A stretch of 64,000 nt of DNA, taken from assembly GCA_965153285.1 (NCBI GenBank), contig OZ229112.1. One strand, 5' to 3'. The notes under the pieces are model-generated. The model saw only the letters and a list, made by a program, of their open reading frames with translations. It ran no database searches and was not told the origin of the DNA. Shown here piece after piece: positions 1 through 13,363 of the stretch. Numbering within the stretch: the stretch's first letter is position 1; each line of letters starts with the position of its first letter. This DNA is from Podarcis tiliguerta. Lineage: Eukaryota. The position numbers and the translations under genes were made by a program.

Positions 1-103
1 TCCTAAAGCAAAGTTCTTAACCCGTGGTACTATCTGTGGGTTAGCGGAGTCTGTAACCTAAAGTGTATGTAACCTGAAGCATATGTAACCCGAGGTACCA
101 CTG
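1..103. mobile_element. Tigger/pogo-like MITE, right part (cut by window start)
   Basis: Ends GTAACCCGAGGTACCACTG followed by TA; same family as six other copies in the window. Confidence 0.9.
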
Positions 104-595
104 TATGTTCCTGACTTTACTGCAACAGACCTGCATGATCTCTGTCCCAAGACATTTGCCTTGGTAAATAATACATAGTTCTTAGCTTTGACATTGTTAC
201 TGATCTATTGATTTTTGGCTTGGTACCCTGGGTCAGTGACTAATCTTTTGGCTTGTGTGTTCCTTCCTTGACCAAAGCCCAGCTTTAGGCTGCTTTGGCA
301 GATCCCCAACTCTTCCACTTCCAATTTTCATTTTCTCGGGGCCAATCCAGATGATACTTTAAATGTGTGAATGTATTTAGCAGTTCTCTCCCCCCCCACA
401 CACATTTTTAAAAACAATAGCAGCTATTCACCCCAGGAAGTGAATAGCAGGAGGAGGAGGGCCATTTCCATCCAGATCATGGTGTAAGTATCAACCCACT
501 TCCAGTCCTGTTCCTGGTCCCCTCTGCTGTTACTTTTCAATAAAAAACAACAACAGCCCTGCAGTGTGTTAAATATTTGAGTGCATTTAATGTAT

Positions 596-1015
596 TGTTA
601 TGGGTTTGGGTAGGGAAAGTGGGCTGTATGCCAAGACCCTTCTAATGCCTTGATCCAGCATGTGTTAAAAAAATAGTAGCTGGGTTATATTCCAGGTGAG
701 GCGGGCCATTAAAGGGAAGAAGGGTAGTGGATCTGTGCAAAGACAGAAAATGGGTGGGGGGCCCTCCCCAAACTTGAGGATAATAGGAAAAAGCTGAGAA
801 CAGAGAGTTTCAGTGGTGTGAGCTAAAAGCAAAGAAGCAAACTGGAAAGTGAGAGAGAAAGAGTGATGATTGATTTCTGTTTGAATAAAAGGCTGTGGCT
901 ATGGGGGAGGCAATGCTTTCTTTGGGTGCTAATGCCATGAATCCCAACACAGGCTCAGGTTGTATATATGCATAAATGAACCATATAGCACAGTCTCTGC
1001 TGTGCTTCATTTGAC
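596..1015 (+). mobile_element. Solo LTR-like element, copy 1 (3' end approximate)
   Basis: Starts TGTTATGGGTT; colinear, diverged homology to the reverse complement of 17811..18274 (e.g. CCCTTCTAAT, GGCTGTGGCTATG). Confidence 0.55.
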
Positions 1016-2649
1016 ATTGGGGTGGTGTGCAATAGTATCATCCAGTTTGTTCCTCAGACTCCCAGTTTCTCCTATAGTTGAATTGCTACACCGGAAACTG
1101 ACTCAGTTTTAAGCATACTTGCAAATCATCTCATATTGGAAATGGATGAACTTTACTGACCCAAGCCTGCTGCTGGTCTCTGGCCCACATCCAGTTGGGC
1201 TATTGGCCATCTCTTGACATCCCGTAACTAATACAAGAATTTGCTGTATCACAGTTCTCGAAAACACTACACTTGATTCTTAATTTGTACAAAATGTTTT
1301 TTGTGCTGACGTATTCCTGATTTCTCCCCACTGCCATGCCAGTGCTTTGAAGCTTTCTGTCAATGCTATCTCAAGTGCAGATTTCCTAGTCTCAGATAGG
1401 TGCGAACGTTGCAAGCTGTAAAACAAGAAAAAATCTGAAACTATAATGAATATTCAACGAACATGTGCAGGAGACTAAGAACGATACAAATCTGGTGTGT
1501 GAACGGGGGCATGGGTTGGTATATGAAAAGCAGGCAGCATAAATATATGGTTCAGGCATTTTAAATATGAACTAAAGGGAAATTGGTCTTTGTTCATTAT
1601 TTTTCTTCATTAAATAGCAAATCAAGCACATTTTAAGCAGGCATATATTTTCCAAGAAAGTAAAATTGCCTATTCCATTATAACATGATCCAGATGTTGA
1701 GATTCCAGATGAGGCTTTGAAAACATCCTTGAGATCAGTCTCTTTGAAGAATCTGAACATAGCAAACTTCTACATAGTGAGCATTTTACCTCTCCATATA
1801 GGTCAGTGAGAATCATAGTGAGAAATCTTAAAGATCCAAATTCTCAATTATCAGTTTCCAAGCAATTGTAACTAAGTAAGAGATATACCAAATGGGTAGT
1901 AGATGTGCTGTGGTAAGGTGGAATTTAAACACTTAGAGTTCCATAGAAGTTGAAGTGCCAATTTGCTACTGGATCACAATGAGGATAATGGTTTCTACTC
2001 CTCTTATTCTCCTTACAAAAAAAAAATAGTGACATCTTTTTTTCCCTTGCATGGCACAATAAAATGTATGAGGGAAATCACTTGTTAAGCCTACCTAGGA
2101 AAGTAATGAGGACTTCACGTTGAGCTAATTTGTCAGCGGCTTAGTCCAACAAACCTGCACTGTGGTATATGCAGCTTATTAAATAGGTATTTCCCAGCAG
2201 AAAAAAGGAAATGTAGAAAGATTCTTTGTGTGAGGTGAGGAGTCATTTCACAACAAAGTCTGCTGGAACTTCAGAAGATGATTTTGTCAGGAAGATTTAA
2301 CAGAACAAAATAAGGATTAACATAAATCACTAGCATGGTTTTAGCATAAAGCCTTCTTCCAGCAAGATTTTATCAATATTACACTATTGGCACAATGGCT
2401 TCGGGGACGTTTTCATGTTGGATTGATCATTTGATAACCCTTATGCAACAGGTGCTGTTAAAATTTTCATCCATAAAAGAGGAACCAGATAGCTATGTAG
2501 AAGAAAAAATAGACTATATTTGGTTTTGGATAGAGGTGGCCAATTTCACTATCCAGAAACTTTATAAACATGCACTTATTCTGGCTGAATGAGGTATTCC
2601 TTTAGGTAAAGATTCACCTCTTCTGCTATACTTTTGGTTTGGTGGAACT

Positions 2650-2817
2650 GTGGTAACATTTAATTAATGGGCATTTTGCTGCTGCTACTTTTGTTATGAA
2701 TTATATGGAAATAATGGGTATTTTTAAAATCTTCTGGTTGTAAACCATCCTGAAGGCTTTTGACAAAGGACATTATATATGCATTTATCTATCAATAAGT
2801 CAATCAATCAATCAATA
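2650..2817 (+). mobile_element. Decayed L2-type LINE 3' tail
   Basis: T-rich stretch, then TGTAAACCATCCTGAAGG...AAAGG and an (ATCA)n tail resembling L2 ends. Confidence 0.4.
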
Positions 2818-3064
2818 TGAAGCTGAAAACAAACCATTCGAATGCGCCTTCTTTATTATTCCTTGGGATTCATGTCAGATGAGGTTTTTAATCATGAAGT
2901 ACCATCCCCTGGTCACCTGCCATGTTCTCACTTCTTTTATTGCTCACAATTCACTATTCCAAGAGCGGAAAACAGCTGTTTCCCCCTCCCAATTTAATGA
3001 CCTCATTTTTCGATCTTTTGGAAACCAAAATGGCGCCCTGAGAAAGGCTGTTTGTTTTTAAGCT

Positions 3065-3587
3065 CTGCGATTGGAAAAGTCTCAGAAAAAGGCAGCCGAA
3101 ATGACCAAGGGGATGGAGCAATTCCCCTATGAGAAAAGGCTGCAGCATTTGGGACTTTTTAGTTTTAAAAAAAAAAGACAAGTAAAGGAGAGATATGATA
3201 GAATTTTTTTTTGCTTGCCATGGAGAAAGTGCATACGGGAAACATCTTCCTCCCTCTCCTAGAACTCAAGAACATCCAATGTAGCTGAATGCTGGCACGC
3301 ACTCCAAGAGAAAGAAGTGATGGCCACCAACTTTGACTTAAAATGGACTAATTTATGAAAGGTGAGGCTATCAATGTCTACTAGCCAGGATGATTCTGCT
3401 CTGTTTCCATGGTTGCAGGTGGTATGCATCTGAACACCAGTTTCTGGAAAGCACAGGAATGGAGGGTGATCTTGTGTCTGGTTCCTGCTTTTGTGTTTTC
3501 CACAGGCATCTGGTTGGTCACTGTAAGAACAGGATGCTAGACAAGATGGGCCACTGCCCTGATACAGCAGGCTCTTCTTTGTTCTTC
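3065..3587 (+). mobile_element. CR1 LINE 3' fragment (ORF2 C-terminus + 3' UTR)
   Basis: Translates LEKSQKKAAEMTKGMEQFPYEKRLQHLGLFSF, typical CR1 ORF2 C-terminus, then CR1-type 3' UTR ending CTCTTCTTTGTTCTT. Confidence 0.85.
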
Positions 3588-5914
3588 AGTGCCTGCTCCC
3601 CACCCTCCAGTTAAAACCTTCACCTGTTTCTTTGAATGTCTGAAGAGGGCTATTCTGTAATTTGATTTTAGTTTTAGTGCTGCATTATTCAAAGTATGTG
3701 AAGGAATGAGTTGGTTGTTCCTGCGTGAATAGGGAAAACCTATATTAGCACCAATGTACAGCCTATTTCAAACATAAAAAAAGAAATATTTGAATAAAAT
3801 AAACTCAGGTTTGTTTGTTTAGAAAAGAAACCCATTTGACCACATGCACATTTAGACTTTTCACTATCCGGTGTGACATCTATTAGCCTTATTGGGGGAG
3901 CTTAAACCCCACCTTCTGTGATATTTTAAAGGGTTGTCACAAACCTGGCAGGTGTGAATCATTACTCTTAGCTAGGTTTTAAAGATTATTTACCTGATAA
4001 ATGGCATCCATCAACTCCCAGCAGTGTAGTCAACTATTCAAATAATTGCATGAGTTCAGAGGAGAAAATGTAATCCTTCCCTGCATAGAGCTACAGCCAC
4101 TTCAATGGATAAATTTAATCATTAAGAAGGCATAAGGCAGAACTTCAGAAATGTTGCCTGATGCTAAATGTTTGCAAATGAGATCTCTTCTGAGCACCAT
4201 GATATGATTTTATGCTCAGATTACAAATATACTTAATGCAGCCTATAAATCGTTTTGGTAAATTGATTGTGATAGTTTGCTATTTTTCTCCAGTTTGCAA
4301 AGTAAAGTGGGCAGGAGAACTGACTTTTTTTAAAAAAACATCTCTGCCAACAGCTTTCAGGTATTCGCCTGCAATTCAAAGGGGTCTTGTGTTCAGAAGA
4401 AAATAGATGCATTTCTTTCGTTGTTATTTGATAGAGTCAGCAAATGAGTTGGCACTAGAAATGCTGTATTGTATTGGAATTCAATCCACTAGAAGCAGTG
4501 GGGTGAAAGTTCTGCTCTCAAATCTTACATAACGAATTCTTGAACTGATATCTTGAAAGAGGTTAACTACAAATGAGAACCAATAGTCAGTGCAAGAACA
4601 GTTTTATGGGAACCTGGGGGAAAGATCACTGGGGTGTCTGCCCTTGCCACCCACATATCTGACTAACAGATGAAGCCTAGCATTATGACTCTCTATAGAA
4701 ACTTATATATTGTATTTTAATCCTAGATTTACAAGACAAGAGCTACACACAATTAGTTGTATGTTTCTGTCCTTAAAAAGCCTAGGGCCAGATGAAGAAA
4801 GCACAAAGAACAAGGACAATTGTACTGGGTGGGGAGGCAGGAAGGGACTTTACAGAATTATGAAGTATTCTCTCCAACAATATAGTTGGACAAATTTAAT
4901 TTCTGAGCCTGGCAAATGCAGTCTATTTTGTGTCAGAAAATATACACATGAGCTCTCTCTGCTATGATTTTTCAGATTGTGATGGAAAATACTCTGAGAA
5001 CCTTGTGGCCTCTGTGAAGCTTTCATCTAGACATCTAAACACCTTACAGTGCCTCTCACAGTGCTCTTCCTTAAAAAGTGGGATGGGAAAGTTCTAATTT
5101 CCCCTTTAATTAAAATGTACTAAACAAAGCCAGTTCTGCGTCCTACCAGGCATCACTCTGATGATTTGTGCTAGCAGTTTATAATCTGAGTCACTTGCTT
5201 CCAGGGACAAGAGTCCCTAAGACTGACTTCACTCTTCCCCAACCAGATTTCACGCTGTTGCCTTTTCCCTGCGATCTAAAACTTACCTTTTAAAAACAGT
5301 AGGTGCAGCTGCAAATGGGTTAGATAAATCTATAAGACCTCTTTGAGAATGCCTACTGGATGCATGGCTCTGTATAGTCAATGTACTTCAGCATCAAGCT
5401 AAAGTTTTAATAAGCTCCCAGCAGTCTAGGATTTCCATTTGTTACATCCCCAAAGCATTTAGAATGTTGTCACCTACAGATAAAAATAATTGCTGTTATT
5501 AGCTGATATGTAGCCCTCTCCCTCTCCTGATAAAAAGGAACTTAATAGCTCAATTTATGATGAAATACAATGTTCGGGGGGGGGACCTTATTTGGTAGAT
5601 TAATTGGTTGTGCTTTAGGTAACACCACTACCTACATAAAAATGCAAAAAGCCCAGTGGCAGGAAAGACAGAAGAACATGGCAAACATTTTGAAAAGTTG
5701 ATCGGTATTTGATCTATACTGGCATGATTTGAAACAGTTGATATTGGAAATCTGCCAAATTTTGTATATTTACGAACATTTGTTTCAGCACTCAATCAAA
5801 GCTTTATGATGCGGTACAGCTTGGAATGGGGCTCCACCCCTCCTGAAGAATCAAGAGAGCAGTTTGTTGCTGCTCCTGGATTTAGCATTATCCCTGCCTA
5901 GGTGTCTTAGTATA

Positions 5915-6267
5915 AAGGTAAAGGTACCCCTGCCCGTACGGGCCAGTCTTGACAGACTCTAGGGTTGTGCGCTCATCTATAGGCCGGGAGCCAGCGCTGT
6001 CCGCAGACACTTCCGGGTCACGTGGCCAGCGTGACAAGCTGCATCTGGCGAGCCAGCGCAGCACACGGAACGCCGTTTACCTTCCCGCTGGCAAGCGGTC
6101 CCTATTTATCTACTTGCACCCGGGGGTGCTTTCGAACTGCTAGGTTGGCAGGCGCTGGGACCGAAAGATGGGAGCGCACCCCGCCACGGGGATTCGAACC
6201 GCCGACCATGCGATTGGCAAGTCCTAGGCGCTGAGGTTTTACCCACAGCGCCACCCGCATCCCACCC
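5915..6267 (-). mobile_element. Sauria SINE, full length
   Basis: Minus-strand head GGG..GCGGGTGGCGCTGTGGG, B box GGTTCGAATCC, (ACCTTT)n tail; perfect 13-bp TSD GTGTCTTAGTATA at 5902..5914 and 6268..6280. Confidence 0.95.
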
Positions 6268-8486
6268 GTGTCTTAGTATAGCTAGGTGCATTTTCTACCA
6301 GCTTTGACAGGCTTTCAAGCTGTGGCCTTACTTGGAGTTTTGGAGCCCTTCCAGCACAATCACCTACTAGGCGATTCTAGCTGTGATGTTGTCTCTTCCC
6401 CTTTTATTTTCCCTCTTGTCAGCAACCATACTGAAGCCTGACCCAATGATTGAGAGCAGCTTAAATGTGTTGCAGAATCTCCTCTGCTTGTCTTACACAC
6501 TGAACTCTCACATCAAGAACAATACTCCCCGTCTCCCTGGGTTTACTTGGAACCCTGCTGTGCCCAAATGAAAAATGCTAATTGCATTTTCTTTTTCATT
6601 TTTAGTAGAACTTTGTTTCATTGCAGGGGTGCTCTATCCTTCTCCTCACATCCTGAAATCAAAGATGTGACAATCTGGACCACTCCGGTGTGGCTGTTGT
6701 GCATATATGGAACCTATAAGCACCTGCACTTCCCACATGGATTAAGTTAAGAGCAGACAGAGTGTGAAGTGCATAAATTAATGCACCATCATTTCATTTA
6801 AAGTTAATTTAAAAGTTTGGTCTGACAATGATACTGAACTCACAAGGGGAAGGAAAGCTACAAAAAAAAAAAAGTATATTGACTTCTTTATTAACAACTA
6901 TGAAATCAGCAACACAGAATTTGTTTGGATTAACCAGTTTAGGAGAGAATAATTTCAATTGGAATGAAACCAACATTTTCTTTGTGCATCTCCAACAACA
7001 ATGGCACCCCAGAAACAATGTTATTTGTTTATTTAAATTATTTATATATTGTGTACATAAAATAACAAAAAACAAACAAACAAGTGTAAGAATAAACATT
7101 CCCCATGAAGCCAAACACAACATTAAAATGAAAATATTGAAGTTCTTGAAGTCTTGACTTCTATTGTAAGATTAAAATAAATAAATAAATGGGTGGCTTT
7201 TTAATATTAGTGTAAACCACTGAGAGATTGTCCTTGAAAACAAAATACAAATGATTGAAAAGAATAAATGAAATAAGAAAAATATTGACTCATTGGTGTA
7301 ATCCCCTTTACTGGTGGCTACAAGATTGGAGGTGTTTTTTGTTAATGGACTGGCCCAACTTTCTTTCCTGTACTCTTATGTCTGCAGATATCCTACTAGG
7401 CACATATAATGTGATGAGCAGGGACAGCAATTGTGAAGAACGTAATTTTCTTCTGATTACTAAAGTGTGCCCCCATGAATGACTGTACTTCCATCATGGC
7501 ACACAATTCTGTTTCAACAGTAGGCTGCCTCTGACGTCTTGCCTAAGACTCCTTTACAAAGGAAATGAAATATGAAAATGAAGGTGGACTCCTATTTTCA
7601 TGCAATTATCTGCTTACTAGGTAGTGCTTACAAATTCGAAGTGCACATGAAAAAGAGAGGGAAAATTGAAGAGGAGACAGAATTGGTCAATTTATCTTTG
7701 TAAAGGTACAATTTACAATATCATTTAAAAATATGAAATTAAATCATGTGAGATTCCGGTTGCTAATGTTCAGTGGGCTTTGAATGTAGTCTAATTCACC
7801 GGTGCCTTGAATCAGACCAGAAGAAATGCTGTCTACAACCACAGTTATTTAATACACCTTCTACCTTATTCTGCCATGGTTGTATTAAATGAGTCTGCAA
7901 GAATTTTTTCCCTATATTATTGCTATGCACTATCAACAATGCAGTTTGGTAAAAAGTTTTCCAGGATTCAGTGGAATAAGACCAATTATGCCACAATCAT
8001 AGAGCAAAATCTAGATCAGTGAATTTTCAGAAGAAAAAAAGAGATGCTTCTGAGGCTATTAACCTTTTGAGGATGTTAAAATTGATGAGCTGCTGGAATG
8101 TGTCAGGTTGGTTCCTTGAAGATTAATACTGAGTGAAGGTCACGGCAGGCAAAGCTGGCAAAACATTAAAAGATAATAATTCAGGTAACTCTCTTAAGAT
8201 TAAAACAATCTTCGGTTTAAAAGCTTTCTAAAAGCTGTGGTGACTTACTCTGGCTCAATGGAACCATTTGAAATGGAACTGCACGGGCAATTTGAAAACT
8301 CACTACCAATCAAGGGGATAAATCCTACTAGGTTCCTGAAAAGACAGACCACCAGAGTACACAGGGTCTGTTGCTGTGCTGCCAACTCTGTGACGCCAAG
8401 ATCTGCTGGAGACTTTTCTTTAATCTGGTTTAAGAAACAAAAATGGAAGACTGGGAGGAAACCCATCTGCTGCCATGATCACCCCC

Positions 8487-9430
8487 CTGAGGCAGACTTT
8501 GGTACTATGGCATCCTGAGCTAGGCCAAAAATTGGCACCCACCCCCACCCCTCGTGCAGTGCCAGGAAGGAGGCATGAGGGCTTTGGCAGGGTCCTAGAG
8601 CCCTATTACCTCCTTCCCAAAGCTGAAGAAGCACTAACTAGGATTCAGGAAGGAGGAGGGGGTCTCTAGGACCCTGTCAGAGGCTTCATGCCTCCTTCCT
8701 GTAGTTGGGCAAGTGCTAACCGGGGGTCCTCTGCTCAGCGCCCAGTACGAGGGTACTGGTTTGCTGCCCTAAATTTACCTCTGCAATACAACAAAACCAA
8801 AACACCAAACCGGCTTGCAAATATAAAGGACAATTTTACTTAGTTAAGCAAATTAAAGTGCAACATGCATATCATACTGTATTCCTGTACTTCGGATGTT
8901 AAGCAGGTTTTGCAACAGCTTCATCAATCCATAATACTATACACTCAACACAATACACCAAGAATATAAGATCATCACAGGCACTTGCTGTACAGGTCTT
9001 CTGATCTATTGTATTACTTTAATATTGTATTACTTTAATATGGAACGGTGAAGAGGTGCCCATCTGCACCTACTACTTACGTATGACTGCTGCCTCTACA
9101 TATGGCCATGTGAAGAACCCTTTCTTGCAACCATTCCAACTTACAGGACATTGCGCTTCCAGTAGATAACTAACTGTAGAACGATTTGCTTGTTTCAACT
9201 GTGCTATGATACTATTACTATATACATTATTGGCAGAGTTGTGCCACTAGTTGACTGTATGTCTATATCTCCAGGCTTTGATATGCACATTGCACTTTAA
9301 TTTGCTGATAATTTGCTGAACTAAGTAAAATTGTCCTTTATATTTGCAAGCCGGTTTGGTGTTTGGGTTTTGTTGTATTGCAATCTTTATAACACCTGAT
9401 ACTTTTTTGGTATACCTAAAATTACCTCTG
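8487..9430. mobile_element. Old hAT-type MITE interrupted by a nested insert
   Basis: Degenerate TIRs (11/16 match), 8-bp TSD TCACCCCC/TCACCCCT, internal ~35-bp inverted repeat 8565..8599 / 8664..8700. Confidence 0.55.
8784..9414 (+). mobile_element. Fold-back insert with Penelope-like architecture (inverted terminal repeat + 3' tail)
   Basis: Inverted arms 8782..8874 / 9279..9382; 32-bp unpaired extension 9383..9414; 16-bp direct repeat CCTAAA(T/A)TTACCTCTG at 8768..8783 and 9415..9430. Confidence 0.6.
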
Positions 9431-9636
9431 TCACCCCTACCGCTAAAACAGTGTAAACTATTTCTCTTTGGGCTCCATTAGTGCATTTCATGTTTCCCCT
9501 TCCTCAAACTGGCCAATAATGACATGGGGCAAAATGAACCAACCCTTATAATAATAATGCTGTTTGTCTCAGCTTGTGGTGATCATACAGGCCTGTCCAT
9601 TGAACCTGGTTCCTGTTATTACCCTAAAATCTAGAC

Positions 9637-9799
9637 CAATGGTTCTCAATTAGCTAAGTACTGCAGACCTGTTTTTCAAAAGCCAAACCATAAATCCCCT
9701 ACTTTTGAAAACTATGATAGTTCTATGGTAGTTTTTGTTATGAGAATAGTGTCATGCATGAACCCCTGGGGTCTGCAGACCACCAATTTGGAACCACTG
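9637..9799. mobile_element. hAT (Charlie-like) MITE
   Basis: TIRs CAATGGTTCTCAA / TTGGAACCACTG; NTCTAGAN-like target (ATCTAGAC / CCCTAAAC). Confidence 0.7.
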
Positions 9800-10019
9800 C
9801 CCTAAACTTTTGGTTAGATCTCCTGCCTCCCAGAGTGTCCATAGGCTCTTCTGCCCCAGAACAAGACATGAGGACCCAGACAACCTAACAAAATGGCTGA
9901 AAACCTCTGTATGTGCAGAATATGTCAGGTCTCTGCACATGCTCAGATCTTTGACATATGCATTGAGTAAAATGCACCCACACATTCCTCATTTGTTATA
10001 GTTTAGTGTCGGTCTACAG

Positions 10020-10155
10020 CAGGCATAGGCAAACTTGGCTCTCCTGATGTTTTGGGTCTACAACTCCCATCATCCCTAGCTAACATGACTAGTGGTCAGG
10101 GATTATGGGAGATGTAGTCCCAAAAAATCTGGAGGGCCGAGTTTGCCTATGCCTG
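10020..10155. mobile_element. hAT MITE (palindromic CTACAACTCCCATCATCCC family)
   Basis: 16-bp TIR CAGGCATAGGCAAACT; 8-bp TSD GTCTACAG/GTCTATAG. Confidence 0.9.
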
Positions 10156-10230
10156 GTCTATAGCAACTGCAACTGCTCTCTGTTCCTTCCTTATCAAATG
10201 ACTGCTGTGAAAAACCAGCCTGTGTACGTA

Positions 10231-10261
10231 CACGTACACACACACACACACACACACACAC
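10231..10261. repeat. (CA)n microsatellite
   Basis: Direct reading. Confidence 0.9.
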
Positions 10262-11314
10262 TCTTCCACCATTTGACTGTACAGTTCTGACAAATCATGA
10301 ATGATATCCCAAGCATTTCATTTCAATGTTTAGCTTAAGATGTGTGAGGGGTGAATTCATAAGCAGTTATGGGAGGCGTTGTGTTTGATGTGGAATTTAT
10401 CATTCCAGTCTCACTGGGCTTTGATCCTACATTCTGCTGGCTGGTTCAGGGGAAATCATTTTGCCTGTCTCCACATAAAATGTACATGTGCTGCCTACAG
10501 TCTAGCTACAAGCAATCACATCTTCTTATTAACTTTGGGTGATGTAAGCAAAAGGCTTCATTAAGATCCTATCATATCTCCCCCTAGTTTCTTTTCCCGC
10601 TAAAGCTGTGATGTTTCCACATCACAAAGCAAGTGCTCCAACCACTTCATTATTTTGCTTGAAGAGCAAAACTATGCATTCACCAAAATCCTGTGGTAGA
10701 ATTATTTCCTTACTGTATAACATCAAATATATGGGAGGTGTGTTTTAAGGATGGTATATTTATTTTTAAAATAATTTCTTCTGCATATACAAAATAACAT
10801 ATATCCCTCAGCTGCCTAATGTTTATTATCTATTAATTTAAATGTTGGGGTTCTTTAAAAATAAATAAATAAATACCACTTACCTGTAGTCTAAAGTGGG
10901 AAATTGCAGAAAGATGCTGTCACATGATTTTGCTAAAGAACTGCATTCAACCATAGTCTCTTTGACATCAGGTAACACTGCATAACACAAAATACTGTCT
11001 TACACACACACACACACACACACATTATTCTATCGCAAGAAACATGAGGAAAAGGGTAAACAGCAGCTATTTGTATTTTGGCTAATTGTGGCATAATTTC
11101 CCTGTAACACACTTCATGATTTTTATGCCTACATTTAATCAATATTATTTAAATTAATAATATCTCTTTTACATAAGAAAGATAAAGCTAGTTCTGTGAG
11201 GCAAGGAGGCTTTTCAATCGTAGAATGGGCAGACATTGTGTAAACTCCTTTCCTGTGGAAGTACATATAGCTCTTCAGATCCTACCCAATGTCTTGTTGG
11301 ACAGAAATGCACTT

Positions 11315-11316
<2 letters not shown>

Positions 11317-11349
<33 letters not shown>
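11317..11349. repeat. (TG)n microsatellite
   Basis: Direct reading. Confidence 0.9.
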
Positions 11350-11352
<3 letters not shown>

Positions 11353-11651
11353 AAATCTAAGAGAAAAAGAGGGAAATCTCAAGTAACTGAAGGGTACCTA
11401 TTTTAATTGCATGCCATGTGTTATATTTCCTTCAGGTGGTTTTAGTAATAAAAGGATTAGTGCGGCTAAGTTTCCCCCCCATTAAAGTCTCTGGTTAATT
11501 AATATATTATCTTAGTATTAATGATCTGGCAATTTCTGACAAGTGAAAAGCATGATGGTTACTAACCATTACCTTTTATGATAATCTTTAATAGTAATGT
11601 GTTCATGCATCCATAAGTGTCACAGCAATCACCTGCCGAAGGAGGTGGAAT

Positions 11652-11745
11652 TAGAATAATAGAATCAGAGTTGTAGAGTTGGAAGGCACCTTGAGGGTCA
11701 TCTAGTCCAATCGCCTTCAATGCAGGAATCTCAACTACAGCATCC
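11652..11745 (-). mobile_element. CR1 3' terminal fragment
   Basis: AGAGTTGGAAGG..CC..GAGGGTCATCTAGTCCAA...AATGCAGGAATCTC, homologous to 13973..14050. Confidence 0.8.
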
Positions 11746-11949
11746 ATTAGAAAACGGGATTTAGAGAAAAAAACAGACAATTTGGTGTTCTTCATTTAGA
11801 AGGGTGGCAAAGTCAGATATATCCGAAAGTGTCCATACCTGCCTCTAGGTAACATTCTCCAGTGGGATGGCCGTTTAGTGTTACTGCTTTCTCACCATAA
11901 TGTGCCCAGCCATTCCTTTTACAGATTGCAGACAGGCACAGATGTGTAG

Positions 11950-12350
11950 GTAGACCCACACAAAATAGTAAACCAAGAAGCTTGGCTTAATAATCTATTC
12001 TGTGCATGCAGCCCAATCACTTCTGCTTCACTCCTTCCTTTTGCATGAGTGAGCATATGAGCCAGGAAGTATGATATCCAAATACAGGATCGTGGATTGT
12101 TTCTCTTTTACAAGCCAAGATAGGTAAACCAACATCAAAACTTGGTTATAGGCTGGCTAGTGGTCCTGGTACGTTAGGCAGAAACAAACAACAATCCTGG
12201 TCTCAGAAGGAATGCTAAACGCTCTGTTTCCTGATTTGCCTACCTGAGTGAAGCTGGAGGGATGGGCTGTGTGCACCAGCATACAGCTTGCGCACAGGAT
12301 GATTTATTAACTCAAGGTCTTTAGCTTGTTATTACGTGCAAATGCAGCAG
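11950..12350. mobile_element. Decayed palindromic MITE-like element (boundaries approximate)
   Basis: Imperfect inverted arms around a central AAACC...GGTT region; related sequence at about 32600..32850. Confidence 0.4.
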
Positions 12351-13223
12351 TGGTGTACTGCAGTCAGAGGCACACCAAAAAGAAAATCTTAAATAGAATG
12401 TACACTATGTTAATATGCTCTTTAATTTACAGCCTACAGGGCAACAATTTTATTTAAATAATTATCCTGGAACATTGACTCATTTCCCTGCACTCTTGCA
12501 CTCCTGTTCTTTCCCTTTCCAGCTAGCTCATTATAATTTCATAGATGCCCTTTGATGTATGAGCTAGAATTAAAAGGAGTAGATACGGAAAACTTCAAAG
12601 AGGAAGAGCATACCCTGCCCCATAACCCAAAGTGCCCTGTCTGCTGATCCTCGGCCGCTAGTCTTGTCATCTTGAATGTTCCATGGAGAAAAACACAGGG
12701 GGATTCACAATAATACTAAATCAGAAGCATACAAAACCTACAGGCAGTATAGCTTGAAGCAGGTCTCATTTTGGAAGCCGATGGTAGATAACTGAAATCA
12801 GGAGCCTAGCAGCAAAAACAGCAACGTGTGAGTTGGAGAGAACAGTCAACTGAAACGAAGGCTAACAATGCTAGCCTGCTTGTGGGGCAAATGGAGATCA
12901 GGTAGAGAATATAGCGGAAATAAATTATGGTCGGGTCTGATGCAGGGTTAATGGAAAGGCAGAGGAGGGGATTAAGTGGCTGACAAAAAAGGACAAGTGG
13001 GATTAACCTGCTGCAAGGTGGACCACTCATTCATTGTTTCATAATACCACATTCTATCACACCATCATCTAATGTTCTGCAGTCCCTGAGCAAATGCAGT
13101 CCTCACTGAGTTGTTTTAGTGGTTTACCTGAGCATGCTGATACTTCCAATTTATTTCTCAGTAACCCATTTTTTGCTATATAGCCATGATAGCCCAACAT
13201 TTATGTTCAATATCAGCCTAGAT

Positions 13224-13363
13224 CAGGGGCAAAGAACATGTGATCCTCTAGATATTGCTGGACTACAAGTTCCATCATTCCTGGCCATTGGTCAAGCTGA
13301 TGCTGGCTGAGGCCAATGAGAATTAAGAGTCCCGTCTGGAGGCCACAGGTTCCCCTATCCCTG
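13224..13363. mobile_element. hAT MITE, older copy
   Basis: CAGGGG...CCCTG ends, GGACTACAAGTTCCATCATTCC core, TSD GCCTAGAT/GGATAGAT. Confidence 0.75.
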
